Shown here: piece after piece, positions 12,258 through 26,140 of the stretch
How the letters are laid out: each line of letters starts with the position of its first letter
Numbering within the stretch: the first letter of the stretch is position 1
Source: Eledone cirrhosa
Lineage: Eukaryota
Assembly: GCA_964016885.1 (NCBI GenBank)
Contig: OZ024743.1
Span: 239,010,001-239,074,000, forward strand
Length of the DNA: 64,000 nt
Direction: 5' to 3'
Notes under the pieces: generated by a model
Told to the model about the DNA's origin: nothing
Databases searched by the model: none
The model's input: the letters and a program-made list of their open reading frames with translations, nothing else
Position numbers and translations under genes: made by a program

Positions 12258-15200
12258 ATGGATGTGTTAAGAGTAGGATGTTTGAATGCACGTGGCCTAG
12301 GCTCAACTTGGAAGCAAGCAAAGCTTCTAAATGACCTCAGGTCACGTGGTATAAATGTAATGGTTATCTGTGAGACTCGTATCAGCGTCGTGCGTCAGCT
12401 GGACCCTACCTTCGATGACTTTGAGGTGCATGCATCTTTCTGTCAACCTGAAGGTGGGGGTGGGGTTGTCGTACTGATGGAAAAACACATGGGTCTCGCC
12501 GTACAGGTTGTTCACTCGCACCCGGAGGGTCGTTTGTTGGTGCTAGACGTTGACAGTAGTGAAGGTGCGGCCTTGAGACTGGTCGCCGTCTACTCCCCTT
12601 TCGGAGCTGAACGACCCGACGTCTTCCAGCGTCTGGAGACTTTTCTGGGAACGTCGCGTTCCCTGCTTCTAGTGGGGGGATTGGAATCACATCCTAGATG
12701 CACGTTGGGACTATGCAGGAGCATGTCCTAATAGATGGGGGTGTAACAGCCTCAAGGGGTTACTCGACCGTTTTATCTTGGTCGATAGATATCGACTAGA
12801 TTTTCCAACTGTGCCAACCTGGATTGGACGAACCACAGTGGTCAATATAGATCGTACTTAGATAGATTCTTAGTTAGAAGTAAGGATAGGGACATATTAA
12901 GCTGTCCAGAAATGCTCACGGTTGGCTATACGGATCACAAATTAGTGACCTGCGTAGTCAATCTTGAGAAAACACATAAACAGGGTCCCGGTTACTGGAA
13001 ACTTAATTTGTCTTTACTGGCAAAAGAGACTTTCAGAAACCGGATTAGCAGATTAGTTAAGGAGAGGTTAACGGGTGCAATCGTCAACAACCGATGGTGG
13101 GCATCTCTCAAAAGAGAGATTAGAACAGAATCAATAAGTTATAGCAAGATGTTAGATGTCGATAGGAATAGAAACGAGAAAGAATTAACAGGTAAATTAG
13201 AAGAGGCAATCAAGAGCGAAGATGTGGCCAGAGTGCTGGCATCGAGGACGGCCTTGAGCCAGTTTTTCGATGCAAAGCACGAAGGCTGCGTCATTCGAAG
13301 TAAAATACGTGCTCTAGGTAATGAGGGGGCCAAAGCCGTTGGCTGGGCCCGCGTGACAGAAGCTAAGAGTGGAAATCAATCCACCATCCGGTCTTTGCAA
13401 GACGAGGATGGACGGGTAATCCGGGAACCTAAGCAGATGTGCGAGGCCATTCAAAGGCACTTTGCCCGATTATTCGGGGGAGGCGAGGGTCCGGGCGGGG
13501 ACGTGGATTTCGGTCCATAGCTCGACGGCCTGCCGCGTCCCTCGAGCGAAGAGGAAGAGTCCTGCGAGGGACCAATCTCGGCTGATGAGAGCGGGGATGC
13601 GTTGAGCCAATGCAACAGACGCAAATCTCCAGGTCTCGATGGTATACCTTACGAACTTTATTTGTCAATGCCGGTCTTCTTCTCCGAACTCCTCGAAGCG
13701 GTCTACTGCAATTGGCAGCAGAACGGGAGAATTCGTTGTTCTGTAGCCAAGGGCGTAGTCTCGCTGGTGAGGAAGGACGAGAACAAGGGGGATAGTATAA
13801 ATAATTATCGGCCCATAACTCTGCTAAACACAGAGTTAAAGATTTTGGCCAAGGTGTTAGCAAAGAGGTTGGCGCTTGTCGTAGGTGGCCTGGTGGGAGA
13901 TGCGCAGACATGTGCTATCCCATCCAGGGCCATTCACGATAACCTCCACCTCATGCGATACATCATAGAGAGAGTTGGCAACAAACCCTGCTTCGGTGGG
14001 GCCCTGATCAACTTGGATCAGTCTAAGGCATTCGATAGGGTCGACCATGGTTACCTGAATGCGGTGCTAGCGGCGGCTGGGTTTGGTCCTGTTTTCAGAG
14101 GCTGGATCACTGCCTTACATAGCAACCACATCGGTTCTAGGATCAAGGTGAACGGCTACCTTTCGAAGCCGTTCGAAATCACACGATCCATTCGACAGGG
14201 GTGCCCTCTCTACTCCCTTCTGTACGTATTGACTCTCGAGCCTTTACTGAGGAAGTTGGAGTTGTTGCAGGGTATCCCCCTGGAACCAGGATTGAGCAAA
14301 GCGGTGTCGGCCTACGCCGATGACGTAACAGTAATGGTATCGACCGACTCGGAGATCGAGGCGATCGGTACCTTACTGGAGGATTACGAAAGGTTGTCAG
14401 GAGCGAAACTGAACCGGGAAAAATCCATCGGGCTGCAACTCGGAACGTGGAGAGGCAGACCGATGCCTCCCGACGGTGTCGTCGGACACTGGACGGAGGG
14501 CCTGGTGAAGTTGCTTGGGGTCTGGTTTGGACCGGACCTCCAGGTGGAACAGAACTGGGACGAGGTTACGAACAAGGTGTTTGCACTAACCCAGAAATGG
14601 GCCAAGTGTAAGCTGTCTCTAAAAGGTTGGGCGGAGGTGACGAACATTTACATAGCGTCCGTCACTTACTACCGCCTGACTGTCGTGCCTTGCCCTAAGG
14701 AAATACTCACCACCATGGAACGCATGCTCTTCCAATTTCTTTGGAAGAAGCGCCCTCCTATGGTGAGAAGATCCATCTGCTGCCAACAACCTTCGAAAGG
14801 AGGGCTGGGGATGCCGTAGTTGATGATGCGTAGGCACGCATTAAGGCAACGGCACCTACAGGTATTCCTCACTGGTCAACCGGTGTGGGCTCCGTTCGTG
14901 AAACGAGCCTTTCCGAGACTCGTCTCGCTCACCGAGCTGCAGTCTTGGGTCAAGCAAAGATCCGGAAAACTGGGAGACTGGCACACTGAGTGTGCCCAGG
15001 CGCTCAGGGCTCTCTGGCAAGCGGGCCCGGCCATCGGTGGAGAATCCACCTCATCATTTATAGAGGGCTGGTGGCTAGCAGGGGCGATAACACCCTTGGA
15101 GAGTCGCTGGACATGGAAGAGGACGAACTGGCCAGCCTGTTCGGTAGGACTTTCGGCCCGGGACCAATGGACAACTTCCAGAAGTCACTAGCCTGGCAGT

Positions 15201-15695
15201 GCTACCGGGGGGCTCTACCCGTTCGAGAGAGGCTCTACAGACACGGGCGCCCGGGCAGGGATCCCTCGAAAAAGATTTGCCCTAGATGCGTGCGTCACGA
15301 AGAGAACCGTTGCGCACGCATTGGTGCAATGTCCGGGCATGGCTGATCTGTGGGGCTACGCCGAACGACTGCTGTCGCGGGTGGCGCCGATTCGATTGAC
15401 CGCCGAGTCCGTGATGACTATCAAGCCGCCTCCCCTCTTCACAAAAGAAGCAAAGGCGGTTTTTCTGTGCGTAATAGCCATGTTGAAAGAGGTTGTTTGG
15501 TGGACACGATTGAAAGGTCTGAGGTCAGGTAACTTCCTTTCTGGCCATAGTCTGGTCTACTTCTTCCGATATTACTTCGGAAGAAGGATAAGAATGGAGA
15601 GAGAGGTGCTTGGCCACAGGCAGTTTTATGAAGGGTGGGTGAGAGTGGCGAGAATGGCTCGTGTAAATGGGCCTTCTCTGTCTACCATCCTGTGA
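12258..15695 (+). pseudogene. Tx1-like ORF2 (APE endonuclease + RT), several frameshifts/stops
   Basis: CLNARGL, ICETR, TDHKLV, GYWKLN, KSPGLDG, NYRPITLLN, DQSKAFDRVDH, IRQGCPL, AYADD, GGLGMP, CPRC..HALVQC. Confidence 0.95.
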
Positions 15696-16098
15696 GTAAA
15701 GAAGTAAAGGAGAGGGGAGCACCTTCTCCATGTGCTCCCCGGGCAAAGGATTGCACACTTTTTCGGGGATGTGTGCAACCCTCATCACGTCCCCTCCCTT
15801 TTGAGGTTGTTTTCGATTATTTTCATTTTATACCCTTTTTACTCGGTTTTATGTAAACTCCCTCTTTGTATTTGTCCCTTCTTTTTATGCCTTTATGGTA
15901 AATAAAGAAATATATCTATCTATCTATCTATCTATCTATGAACTGTTATTGGAATTTGTGCTGTACAAACATACACACGTGGCAAATATATATAGATAAC
16001 TATAGATAGGTTTACGATCAGGCAGACGGATACAAAGAGGTAGATAGCTATAGATAGCTATTTCTTGAGCACTGGCCATCTCGTCAACAGTCGTGTTA

Positions 16099-17109
16099 TC
16101 TATACATATATATAAAACTGTAGTTGTCTGTGTGTGTGTCCCCCTCATTTTTGCAAAGTCTAAACAAATCCACATTTCAACTCCGATTGACTTCAAACTT
16201 GCATTTATATATTCCTTGCGGTCTAAAGATATTAACTGCAGCTTTTATTTTTCAATTTTCTATTGTTAAAGGGGTGTTAGGCGCGGGTCATCGATCTCCA
16301 TCGCGCTCTTATAATATGTCTGTATTTCTGGCTGTCTGCATTACGGCATTATGACAAACATTGATGACGTATTATATTCACTATTTTCCGTTCATTGCCA
16401 GGTGTTTAAACTTTGATCTGTTATTTTAATATATAATATAAGCGAGGCAAGCCAGCCCAGTTGCCACTTCTTGCCAATAAACATTAACCCATTGTGCACC
16501 ATTCATCTAACTGTAGACCAACAACGATGGCGAATGAATCTTCGAGGTAAGCAGTTTCCTCCCGAGCTGTTACTTCACATGGGATTCTCTGCTACACCTT
16601 TTCGTAATAATACCGAACAACGTACTGCTGGTCACTCCTTCCTCCAAAAGCCGTACAAAGCGAACATATGCATCGGGAAGATGGATCGCGTGAAAATCTA
16701 CACCAGGTCTACGTGAGAAATTCTCAAGGGACTGCACTGAGAGGGATAGAGAGAAAGAGTAACTTAGTGACAAGAGTGCGAATGAACTTTTGAGGTAAGT
16801 AGCCTACGCCTTACTGCTATGACACTGGAACCTTCTGCTAACTTTACCTGTGACTTTCTCTTTCACATTTACTCCAAAAGGCCAAAACAGAGGAGTGTAA
16901 AAAGAAGGGGCTCAACAATATTTCTATGAACAATGCACGTAGACAGCTAAACTGTACTTTCAACTTCTTAATTTTCCCCAAATAAAACAACTTTCCTGTC
17001 GGTATATTTTCGTGAGTTTTTAACAGGCACTCACAAATAAACGTTTCTCATTGGAGGTGCTATTACCAATGTTTGTTCTTACCCGTGCAACGCCGGGATA
17101 CACTGCTAG
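16099..17109 (+). mobile_element. Non-autonomous Helitron
   Basis: 5' A|TCTATACATATATATAAAA; subterminal hairpin cccgtgcaacgccggg (17082-17097); 3' CTAG|T; internal blocks shared with 33.8-34.7 kb. Confidence 0.75.
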
Positions 17110-17874
17110 TATAAATATATATGACGTATTTATTGTGCGAGTTTCGAGAAAACCACAAATCTGTGAGGTTATCGACGCATAGTGAGATGTAGGGTTGGTA
17201 TTGTGAAGAAGTAGAATCTTAGCGCGTTCGGTTCTTTCAATCCGATTTACACGAATATTTTCAAAATACTTGTAGACAATCAAGTTGAAATAGAGGAGTT
17301 ACAATACTTTTGAATATATTATAACCATTGGACAGATTCAATCTTTCCTATTGCCCATGCCTCAATATTCAATATAGGATATTACATTGGTGAGCAATGT
17401 TTCTGCCTGTCTCTTTGTCGGTCTCAAAGTGTGTGTGTGTGCGCGATGCTGCTACTGTTGTTATTGCTGTTATTTTGGTTATTGGTGTTATTTATGTTGT
17501 CAAAATTATCATTTTCGGACTGAACATAATAAGGAAGACATTACCTAAGAATACAACGACAAAAACGCTTCCTGAAAATAATCTACTGCCGAACGAAGTA
17601 AACAAAGTATGATAGGCAAGTAGGAAAGTAAAGAAAACGAAGAGAAAGTAAGAGAGCTATAGTGTTAAGAGAGTCGCTCTTTGGAGATTATATCTCTGTG
17701 GGAAGTATAGACAAGAAGATTACTTAATGAAAGACATAGAAAATCGGATTACGATTATGATGTGATACGACCGCAAATTTCCCGTTCGCCAACTTCATTT
17801 GCAATGGCTAATTCCCGCACAAGTATAGATACATAAATACATATTTATATACATACATACATACATACATACAC

Positions 17875-17924
<50 letters not shown>

Positions 17925-19282
17925 AGTGTGTGTCTGTGCGGTAAATCAGGGCCTAGCTGAGGTCAAAGCAAAAACAAAAACAATTTCAATGCCATGTTGA
18001 AATATATCTCCTAAATAAAACGCATAATGCTAATACATGCAAGATACGTAGAAAGCTAAACAGCCAGAATATACATTACACAGTAATGACTACAATCGTA
18101 GCATCTGGCCTAAGGTATTACAATCTTTATTTAAAACGCCATTAGAGTAATTTAGCTGCAGAGAAAAAAGATACCTCTCGAGTTTGTTTTTATCTTAATT
18201 ATTTATTTTTCTCTTATTTGCTTCATTTAGTTGAAAGTTTCAGCAAGATATATGCTGAGATATTTAATAAAAAGACATTGCTAAAGTAGATGATACAGTA
18301 TATATATAGTTTTTATTATTCTTGTTTCATGATATTTGTTAGTTTTGTTTTCATCTATTGACTTCTCGTTTAACTTCATAATTTATGTGTTTGTGATTAC
18401 GGCAAATATATTACTACTCATCCATTTGCTTTTGAGTTTAGCAATGCTGGCTTGGATATGAAAGCGATGACAGAAAAGTTTAAAACTTAAAATCTATTAA
18501 TATAAGTGTCTTTTATTTCATTCCAAACTCATCTAAATCTTAATTAGAGAAAGAAGAAAGCAGAAACAAACAAAAAACACACTAAAAAAAACAAAACAGA
18601 ATTTGAAACGAAATACAAATTAAGAATTGCAATTAAAATAAGAGAAAATGTGTGTCTCTGTGTATATAATATATATACATCGATACACGTATGTGCGTAC
18701 TTTGCATTGAAATGACTTGAACGAGCTTGGTTCTGTAACGTAAATAGACGTTGACATATAATTCTGTAAAAAACAAAATCTTAATAAAACAGTCATTGGT
18801 AGAGTCGTAAAAATTAAAATTATAACAAAGATGATGGACGCTGTTTCATGTGATGATAGGAATGGAATCGGGAACAGAAGTTAATGGTAATAAGGGAACA
18901 TTCTTAATTACAAAATACATAAATTAAAAATGTCACACATGGCTGAGTTGGTATAGTATATATGAGAGTCAACTGATGGATCAATGTTTCGTATCTTGTA
19001 TACTGTATGATGACCTGGAAATAGATGGGCTCCGCCAGGTTTAAATGCTCAAGAAAAACCTTTTGTCACTATACATTCTCTCAGAATCCAGTACCTTACT
19101 GGTCTGGAGAAATACGGACAATTAAAGTTAGATCTAGTGTGAACTCATAAATGCATCTCTGTGACTAAAGATCATGGCCTTAAGCAACAAGTATGATTTT
19201 CCGTCAGTTTAGATGATGAGTATTTAGTTGTTCGATCAAGAAACTGCTCGACTCATTATATCTAGTAAATTGATGCGTATTC

Positions 19283-19368
<86 letters not shown>

Positions 19369-19394
19369 CACACACACATACACACACCCACACA

Positions 19395-19470
<76 letters not shown>

Positions 19471-20470
19471 CATACACACACGTACACACTCACATATACA
19501 AACAGTACTTTTACCATGATTCTCAGAAGGATATTTGACTCATACTTACACAGATTAAGTATGTAGAGGCCTTACTGAAATAGGTTACAGGACGTCGCAA
19601 ACTACTATACCTGGTTCTGTGCAAACCACGTCCTACGAATTTAAAAGAAGGAAGAAGACATTGAATGGTGATGCCCTGAAAACACCATATCTAAGAAATA
19701 AAAAAAAATGACAAAATGGTCACAGTTGGAACCTCTTTGCTCGAATGTTTGTTCAACTATGAGCTGTCAGGAGGCTAAATGATAACGAAGGCATCGGTCT
19801 TTAATCAGCTTAAAAGTCAAACAGTCAGCCATGAGACGTCAGCAAACAAACAGCCAGACCATCTAGAAAACGATAGCGACCAAAATATTGTTGGACATTG
19901 TCAAAAATGATTAGACTTCTTCTTGTCAAAGAATTGTTCACTTCTCGTGATAATTTTGTCATTTTTCCTATCTTTTGTCGCCTTGAATGAGGCGATGTCG
20001 ATGTTTTTGGCAATGAATGTTTGGGAAGCATTTATTGAAGGGTGAAGAGGTCTAGTTAAATTAGCGACAGCTTCCTAAATTTGGTTAATCAATCATTAAG
20101 AATGGTGAGAGAGACATAGGGAGAAAAAGAGGAGAGAGATAGATAGAGAGAGAGAGGGAGTCGGGGAGAAGAAGAAAGATTATGAATTGAATAAAAATAT
20201 AGAGAAAGAAGCAAAGACAACGAGTGTGATAGAAATATTATGGTACAGACAGTTCAGTCGATGCTGTGAATTTGCATACTACACTGGTTCGTTACTTTGC
20301 TTTACCAACCACAGCTAAGAAAATACTGGACACAAACCTTAAGCTTTTTTATAAATAAGTTTCTTTAGCATGCTTTAACGCTAATGGTAAAGCTTTGCAG
20401 CATTGCATTTCAAACCATTGTAAACAGTTGTGAGTGTGTTCGTGTGGGCGTGTGTGTATATATATATATG

Positions 20471-20597
<127 letters not shown>

Positions 20598-21287
20598 ATT
20601 TATGTGTGTGCATTTGTGAGTGCATTTGTGAGTGCGTATGTGCAGATGTTTGAACGTACAATCTACTATAACCTCGAATAAATTATTTTGGTTGATATGA
20701 AGGAATGGAAATCTCAATAAATATGTTAGGATGGTGACCGTCAGTAGCCACAAGATTTAAACTACTGTGTTTCAATTTGTCTGAAGAACAATTTTCTTAA
20801 AAGTTTTGTAAATATATTTCTCACCAATATTTTAAAAGTATGTCCTCAGTTGATGTGGTTGTTGCTAATATTGTTGTTGGCGGTGGTGGGTTGTCGTGGT
20901 GAGAGAGATGGTTAACTATCTAATGGTGATAACAATACTCTTACTGCTGTTAATGGTGATGATGATGATGATAAATGGTGATGATGATAATGAAGGATGT
21001 TACCAGTGAGAATGATGATAATGAGGATGGCGTTACCAGTGATGGCTAGAATGATGATGATAATCATCATAATCTTGATGATGATGATGATGATGATTAT
21101 AACCTTAACGTTTGTCGTTGCTCTCGTTGACTTTGATGTTGAGACTGTCATCGTTAATCTAAATGTTGCCGTGTTAATGTTATTATTGTTGTTGTTATTG
21201 TTGCATTATTGTTATTGATGATGATGATGATGGTAACGATGTGATAAGTATGGATGAACATTACAGACATCGCCCTCTCTTGTCCTA

Positions 21288-22030
21288 CAACCATCACCAC
21301 CACCACCACCACCACCACCACCACCATCACCAACACCACCACAACCACCACCAACACCGACACCACCACTACCACCACCAACACCACCACAACCACCACC
21401 AACACCGACACCACCACTACCACCACCAACACCGACACCACCACTACCACCACCAACACCGACACCACCACCACCACCACCACCACCACCACCACCAACA
21501 CCACCACCAACACCACCACCACCACCACCAACACCGACACCACCACTACCACCACCAACACCATCACCACCACCACTAAATGACGTATGGCGTTATGAAA
21601 TATTCAAACTATCAGTAGGCTGTTATTGCAGCTCATATAACTCTACTCTGTCATTTCTAACATTGAACAATAGAGATGGCTGTGTTAGTGGCAGTGGTGG
21701 TGGTCGTAGTAGTATTGGTGGTGGTGATGGTGGTGGTAGTGATGGTGATGTTGGTGCTAGTCGTAGTGTTGGTGGTGATTGTGGTGGTGTTGATGGTAGT
21801 GGCTTTGTAGTGGTGATTGTGGCGATGATGGTGGTGTTCATAATGGTTATGGAGGTGATTGTGGTGGTGGTTATGGTAGTGGTTATTGTTGCAGTGGTGA
21901 TTCTTGTAGTGTTGGTGATTGGGGGTGTTTGAGTTGAAAATAGTGTTGGTGAGTGTATTGGAGAATATGGTGGTGTCGGAGACTGTGGTGGTGATTGTGG
22001 TGGTGTTGGTGATTTTGGTATTAGCCATAG
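21288..22030. repeat. (ACC)n-derived repeat (21288-21577) and degenerate (GGT)n-rich tract (21685-22030)
   Basis: Direct reading; poly-Thr/His/Val ORFs here are artefacts. Confidence 0.9.
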
Positions 22031-22102
22031 TGGTAATGCCTGTCTTAGTGTTATAGTTTGATTATAGTTGTATTTTTGTAACGTTAGGGGTTTGATTATG
22101 AA

Positions 22103-22425
22103 GGTGCATGGCTTAGCAGTTAGAGCGTCGGGCTTATAAGCGTGAGGTTGTGAGTTCGATTCGCAGATCAGTCTTTGCGTTTTGTTCTTGAGCAACACAC
22201 TTTATTTCACGTTGCTCCAGTTCACTCATCTGTAGAAATGCGTTGCGACGTCACTGGTGCCAAGCTGTATCGGTCGTTGCCTTTCCCTTAGACATCATGG
22301 TGCGATGGAGAGGAGAGACTGGTATACATGAGCGACTGCTGGTCTTCCAAAAACAACCTTGCCCAGACTTGTACCTCGGAGGGGAACTTTAGAGGTGCAA
22401 ATCCCATGGTCATACGTGAGCGAAG
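22103..22425 (+). mobile_element. tRNA-like SINE family B, near full length
   Basis: A box tggcttagcagttag, B box gagttcgattc, conserved gttcttgagcaacacactttatttcacgttgctccag domain. Confidence 0.85.
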
Positions 22426-22718
22426 CTAGATTTCAGATGATGGTTGTAGCAGTGTTGATGTTTACCATGTTATTTGTATTGCTTTGGTATAAGTTGTTTT
22501 TGTTTAACCACAGGTAAGACATGGTCGAACGGACGTACAATCATAAAGCTTTCCAGTTACGAACACCCCATGCACGCTATAACCGTGAACAAAGTACATA
22601 GTCACACAGACGTAGTATACATGCTATGAAAAATATTGATTTATTATTTAGGTACGATGCCAACGCAGTTCGGGGAAGGGTCAAATTGATTAAATCAACC
22701 CTAATTCTTGACTGGTAT

Positions 22719-25680
22719 TTAAGGCAGAATGGAGAAGGACAGAATGGAGAAGGCGTTTCCCCGGAGGACGGCAAGGGAGACGAGCTGGGAAAGCGACTCC
22801 AACTCGCGGGGCTCACACCTGCGGCTGGCCAGCTCAGCGCCTATGGTTGTGAGTAAGGAGGTAGCCCTGGGGCCGAGGACACCAGAAGTCTCCAGTGCCA
22901 GGGGTACGACCGCAAAGCTGTCGGAGAGCGACCGGTATTTGAGGAGTTTGGCCCCCTCAGCCCGACGTGCAGCCGAACCTGGGTCAGTCGCAGACTGCAC
23001 CAGGTTGCAGCTGCAGAAAGGCTTGGTGCAAGTGGCATCCCAGACGAGGGTTTTGCCACCGCCGAACGCGAAGATGGTCATGCCATCTGGCCTTTTGCCG
23101 TCCCCTCCAGCACCACCGGCTCGAGCTGGGAAGGGAAGCCTGCAGCATGTCCAAGCCATGCTTAATGACCACGTTGAGGGCAGCATGGCGTGAATGCGGC
23201 CGACACTGTGGCGACAGGAAAGCGGATGGAGGCCGAAGGAGTCCACGGTGAAACCGCAGGGACATTGGTGTGACTGGCAGATCCGGAGGCCGAGCCTCAG
23301 GGAAACACTGATGCGCAGGCTATGGTTGTCTAGCTGCGTGCCAGTGGAGGAGGAGGGCAGGGCATGGAGCCAGGCACCACTGTGGGGTTTGGAGGCTGCA
23401 CGAAAACAAGCAAGGCGGTGCTAGTCGAGCAGGCTGCACTGGATGGCATCCCAAGTGCGTTGGGGGGACATGACGTCAACAGGGGGAGAAGGAGGAGGGA
23501 CGTCTAGTGGGCTAAGTCCCAGACGGTCCCACGTCTCACAGGCGGCCTCACGTTCTCTGAACACAGAGGGTTCTGTTGTGTTTTGAAGAACCCTTCTGAC
23601 GAGGACGCGGCATTAGGTTACCGACGAAAGATACGCCGGCAAAGCTAGTGAGATCGGGGACCGGAAGCCAAGGCCGCCATACCTGACAGGTAAAGTGGCC
23701 TGTTGCCACCCTATGTCGTCAAACTTGACGTTGCTTATCTCCTCGGCTGCTGTTCGGATACAAGTATCGAGGTCAGCGAGGAGAGATGTCTGGGTGTAGC
23801 ACGGAGCACTGCGGAGTGTATAGAGGAGCTTCGGCATGGCGAAGCAGTACCTCAGCAGAAAGAGAGCTGGGTGGCCGTCAATCAAGCCCAGTCGGCTCGT
23901 GAGAGTCTCGAGCTGTTGAAGCCTGGAACTGATGGTGGAGCGGATGGCCGGTGGGTGGATCGGTGACCCGGGGATAATGTCATCCTCTTTGGGGGTCACC
24001 TGAATCTGGCGGAGAATGGCCGCACGTCCAAGAAGGAGGCTGCAAAGCTCGCAGCATCGAGGCTGACATTCACCACCTCCGACTTAGCCGAGTTGACCAG
24101 GATGCCGATTCTCGCCAGGGCAGGAACCACCGATTGAAGGTCATGGCAGACCGACCGCACGGGCCTGCCTAACGTAGCATCATCCAGATACCAAACGTTG
24201 AAAGGGGCCGTGATACTCCGGGCGATGTGGTCAATACCAAGGGCGAACAGGAGGGGTCCCAAATAGTCGCCCTGTTGGATCCCAGTAGCCGAGAGTATGA
24301 CCGTATCAGCAGCAAGGAGCATGCTCGGGGCTCCATACGACAGGTAGGCCAGTGGGTAGGCAGAGGGGGCGGCTGAGGCAGGCTTCGAGCAGATGATCCC
24401 GGCGTAAAGAGTTGAAGGTATTCCACATGTCAAGCTTGACAATGAGGTTCCTGGAGTCCCTGGATGCCGGTTCCGATGGGCAGCTGTTGAAGAACTGCCT
24501 GGTTGCATGAGCGGCCCCCTCACAGCCAGCGGACACGCCGAAACCCAGTTGCATCGGACTAAACTCCTCACCCAGCTCGTGTGTTACGGAGTTGCAGATC
24601 ACCTTGGCAGTCAGACTCCGGAAGACATTGCCCACATCAATGGGGCGTATGCCACCGTCTTTCTTCCTAAGAGCGGAGAAACTGGCCGAAAAAAAGAGGC
24701 CTCGGGCGTAAGGGTCCAGGGCGCCATCGATGAGCCTATTGGTGAGCACCACAATTGCTAGCTGTGAAAGACCTGATAGCGGACATGATGTCTGCATCAG
24801 AAGCCACAAGGAGCAAGTGGGGGTCGGGTGGGGGTATGGTCTGAGATCAGTGGGTGGCTCATGGTGTTTGAGTCGCAGAGCAGCCAGGACCTCCTCGGTG
24901 GGTTGGAGGACAGTGTCCTCTGAGGCAACAACTCTGACTGCGGCCGAGACATCACCCATGATAAGCTTGGTGTTTACCTGGTCACGCAAACGCTTGGCGC
25001 TGGCCTCGGAAGTGGAAGATAGGGGTACCCGAGGGTGGCGTGTGTGGCTCCCTGGGCACGCTTGGAATGGGCCTTCGCCCAAAAGACGAGACGTTGGCCT
25101 TGACGAAGGCTGCTGTTAGCCAGCCGCCGCGGTCAGCGCCAGAGCTGGGGAGGCCGAGAGCGAGTGGGGCGAAATAGAACAGCCGCTCCCAGTCACTGGT
25201 TCGATTGGAGTCCAGGGCGCTCTCAATCGAGGAAGTGAGGGCATCGGCTACCGGCACCCCTGCCGCTCTCGGGATCCTGTGTGGGATCTTCCGGAGCCTC
25301 CTAAGCCGAGCGATGTTGACCAGCGAGGCTTGGGCGCCAGGCAAGCTCGCTGTCCCTGCTGGTGGTGTGCCAGACGGCTATTGCTGGGAAGACGTGGGGA
25401 AGAGGCAGCTCCTGCACCTCCACGCTGCGAGGGCATTGGAAGCTCGACGAGTCATGCTAACGCAGATGAGGTGGTGGAAGCAGCCGCACCCAAACAGTCC
25501 CCCCCCCCTTCCGTTTATTAGTGGAGCTGCCAGTGCTGCAGGTGTCGGCATGGAGGAATGGGGGAAGGGCGTGGGGCCGGAGACTGGGGATCGAGCGGCA
25601 TCAGGGGTGGGTGGCTGGCGTGTGTCGGTGGAGGGGAAAGTGCTAGTAAGAGGGCCTCATAGCTCACCTATATATATATA
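22719..25680 (-). mobile_element. CRE-clade-like non-LTR retrotransposon (RT + RLE endonuclease), frameshifted
   Basis: RKKDGGIRPIDVG, QLGFGVSAGCE, KLDMWNTFNSLRR, QQGDYLGPLLF, WYLDD, LPVRYGGLG, Cys/His motif (FGLHPLSC), GKRPDG..WDAT RLE motif; GC-rich island. Confidence 0.9.
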
Positions 25681-26140
25681 GAGATGTCAGAAAATAAGAA
25701 AGAAATGAAGGTGCTGCATGGAGGAGGACACAGAGGAAGGTAGAAAGTTAATAAATGAATGAGTGAATGGATGAATGTATAAAAAAGGGAGGTGACAGGC
25801 GGTTGTTCCCAGCGGAAAGACACAGAGTTCAGCACGCACACATGCGAGCAGCTTAGTAGTTTGTCATAGGACCTTGTGGCTGGAGGTGAGTCACTGATGC
25901 TGGGGTTGGCTTCCTCTTGTTAATGGTAGAGTTGTTGTTAATGCCACTGTTCTCGTCGTTGCTTTCCTCTTGTTAATGGTGAAGATAGCTGGTGAGATGT
26001 TGATCTATACACATGTGTGTTGTTGATGCTAATGTCACAGTTGTTGTCGTTGCCTTCCTCTTGTTAATTGTGATGGAGATGAAACTGCTACCAAGTCGGG
26101 CTCCTCTTTTACCGAAGATGCGGGGTCGATGTTATTATCC

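Larger units (their letters stand above)
10096..15912 (+). mobile_element. Full-length decayed Tx1/L1-clade LINE
   Basis: ORF1 with CCHC knuckle; ORF2 with APE-RT-C-terminal Cys motif; 3' UTR; flanked on both sides by (TATC)n. Confidence 0.93.

Noticed and set aside
19780-20060. Possible host exon
   Set aside because: No recognisable domain or supportable splice structure.
22103-22175. tRNA gene candidates (also at the heads of other SINE copies)
   Set aside because: A and B boxes are present but there is no full cloverleaf; they continue into repeated SINE bodies, some with TSDs.
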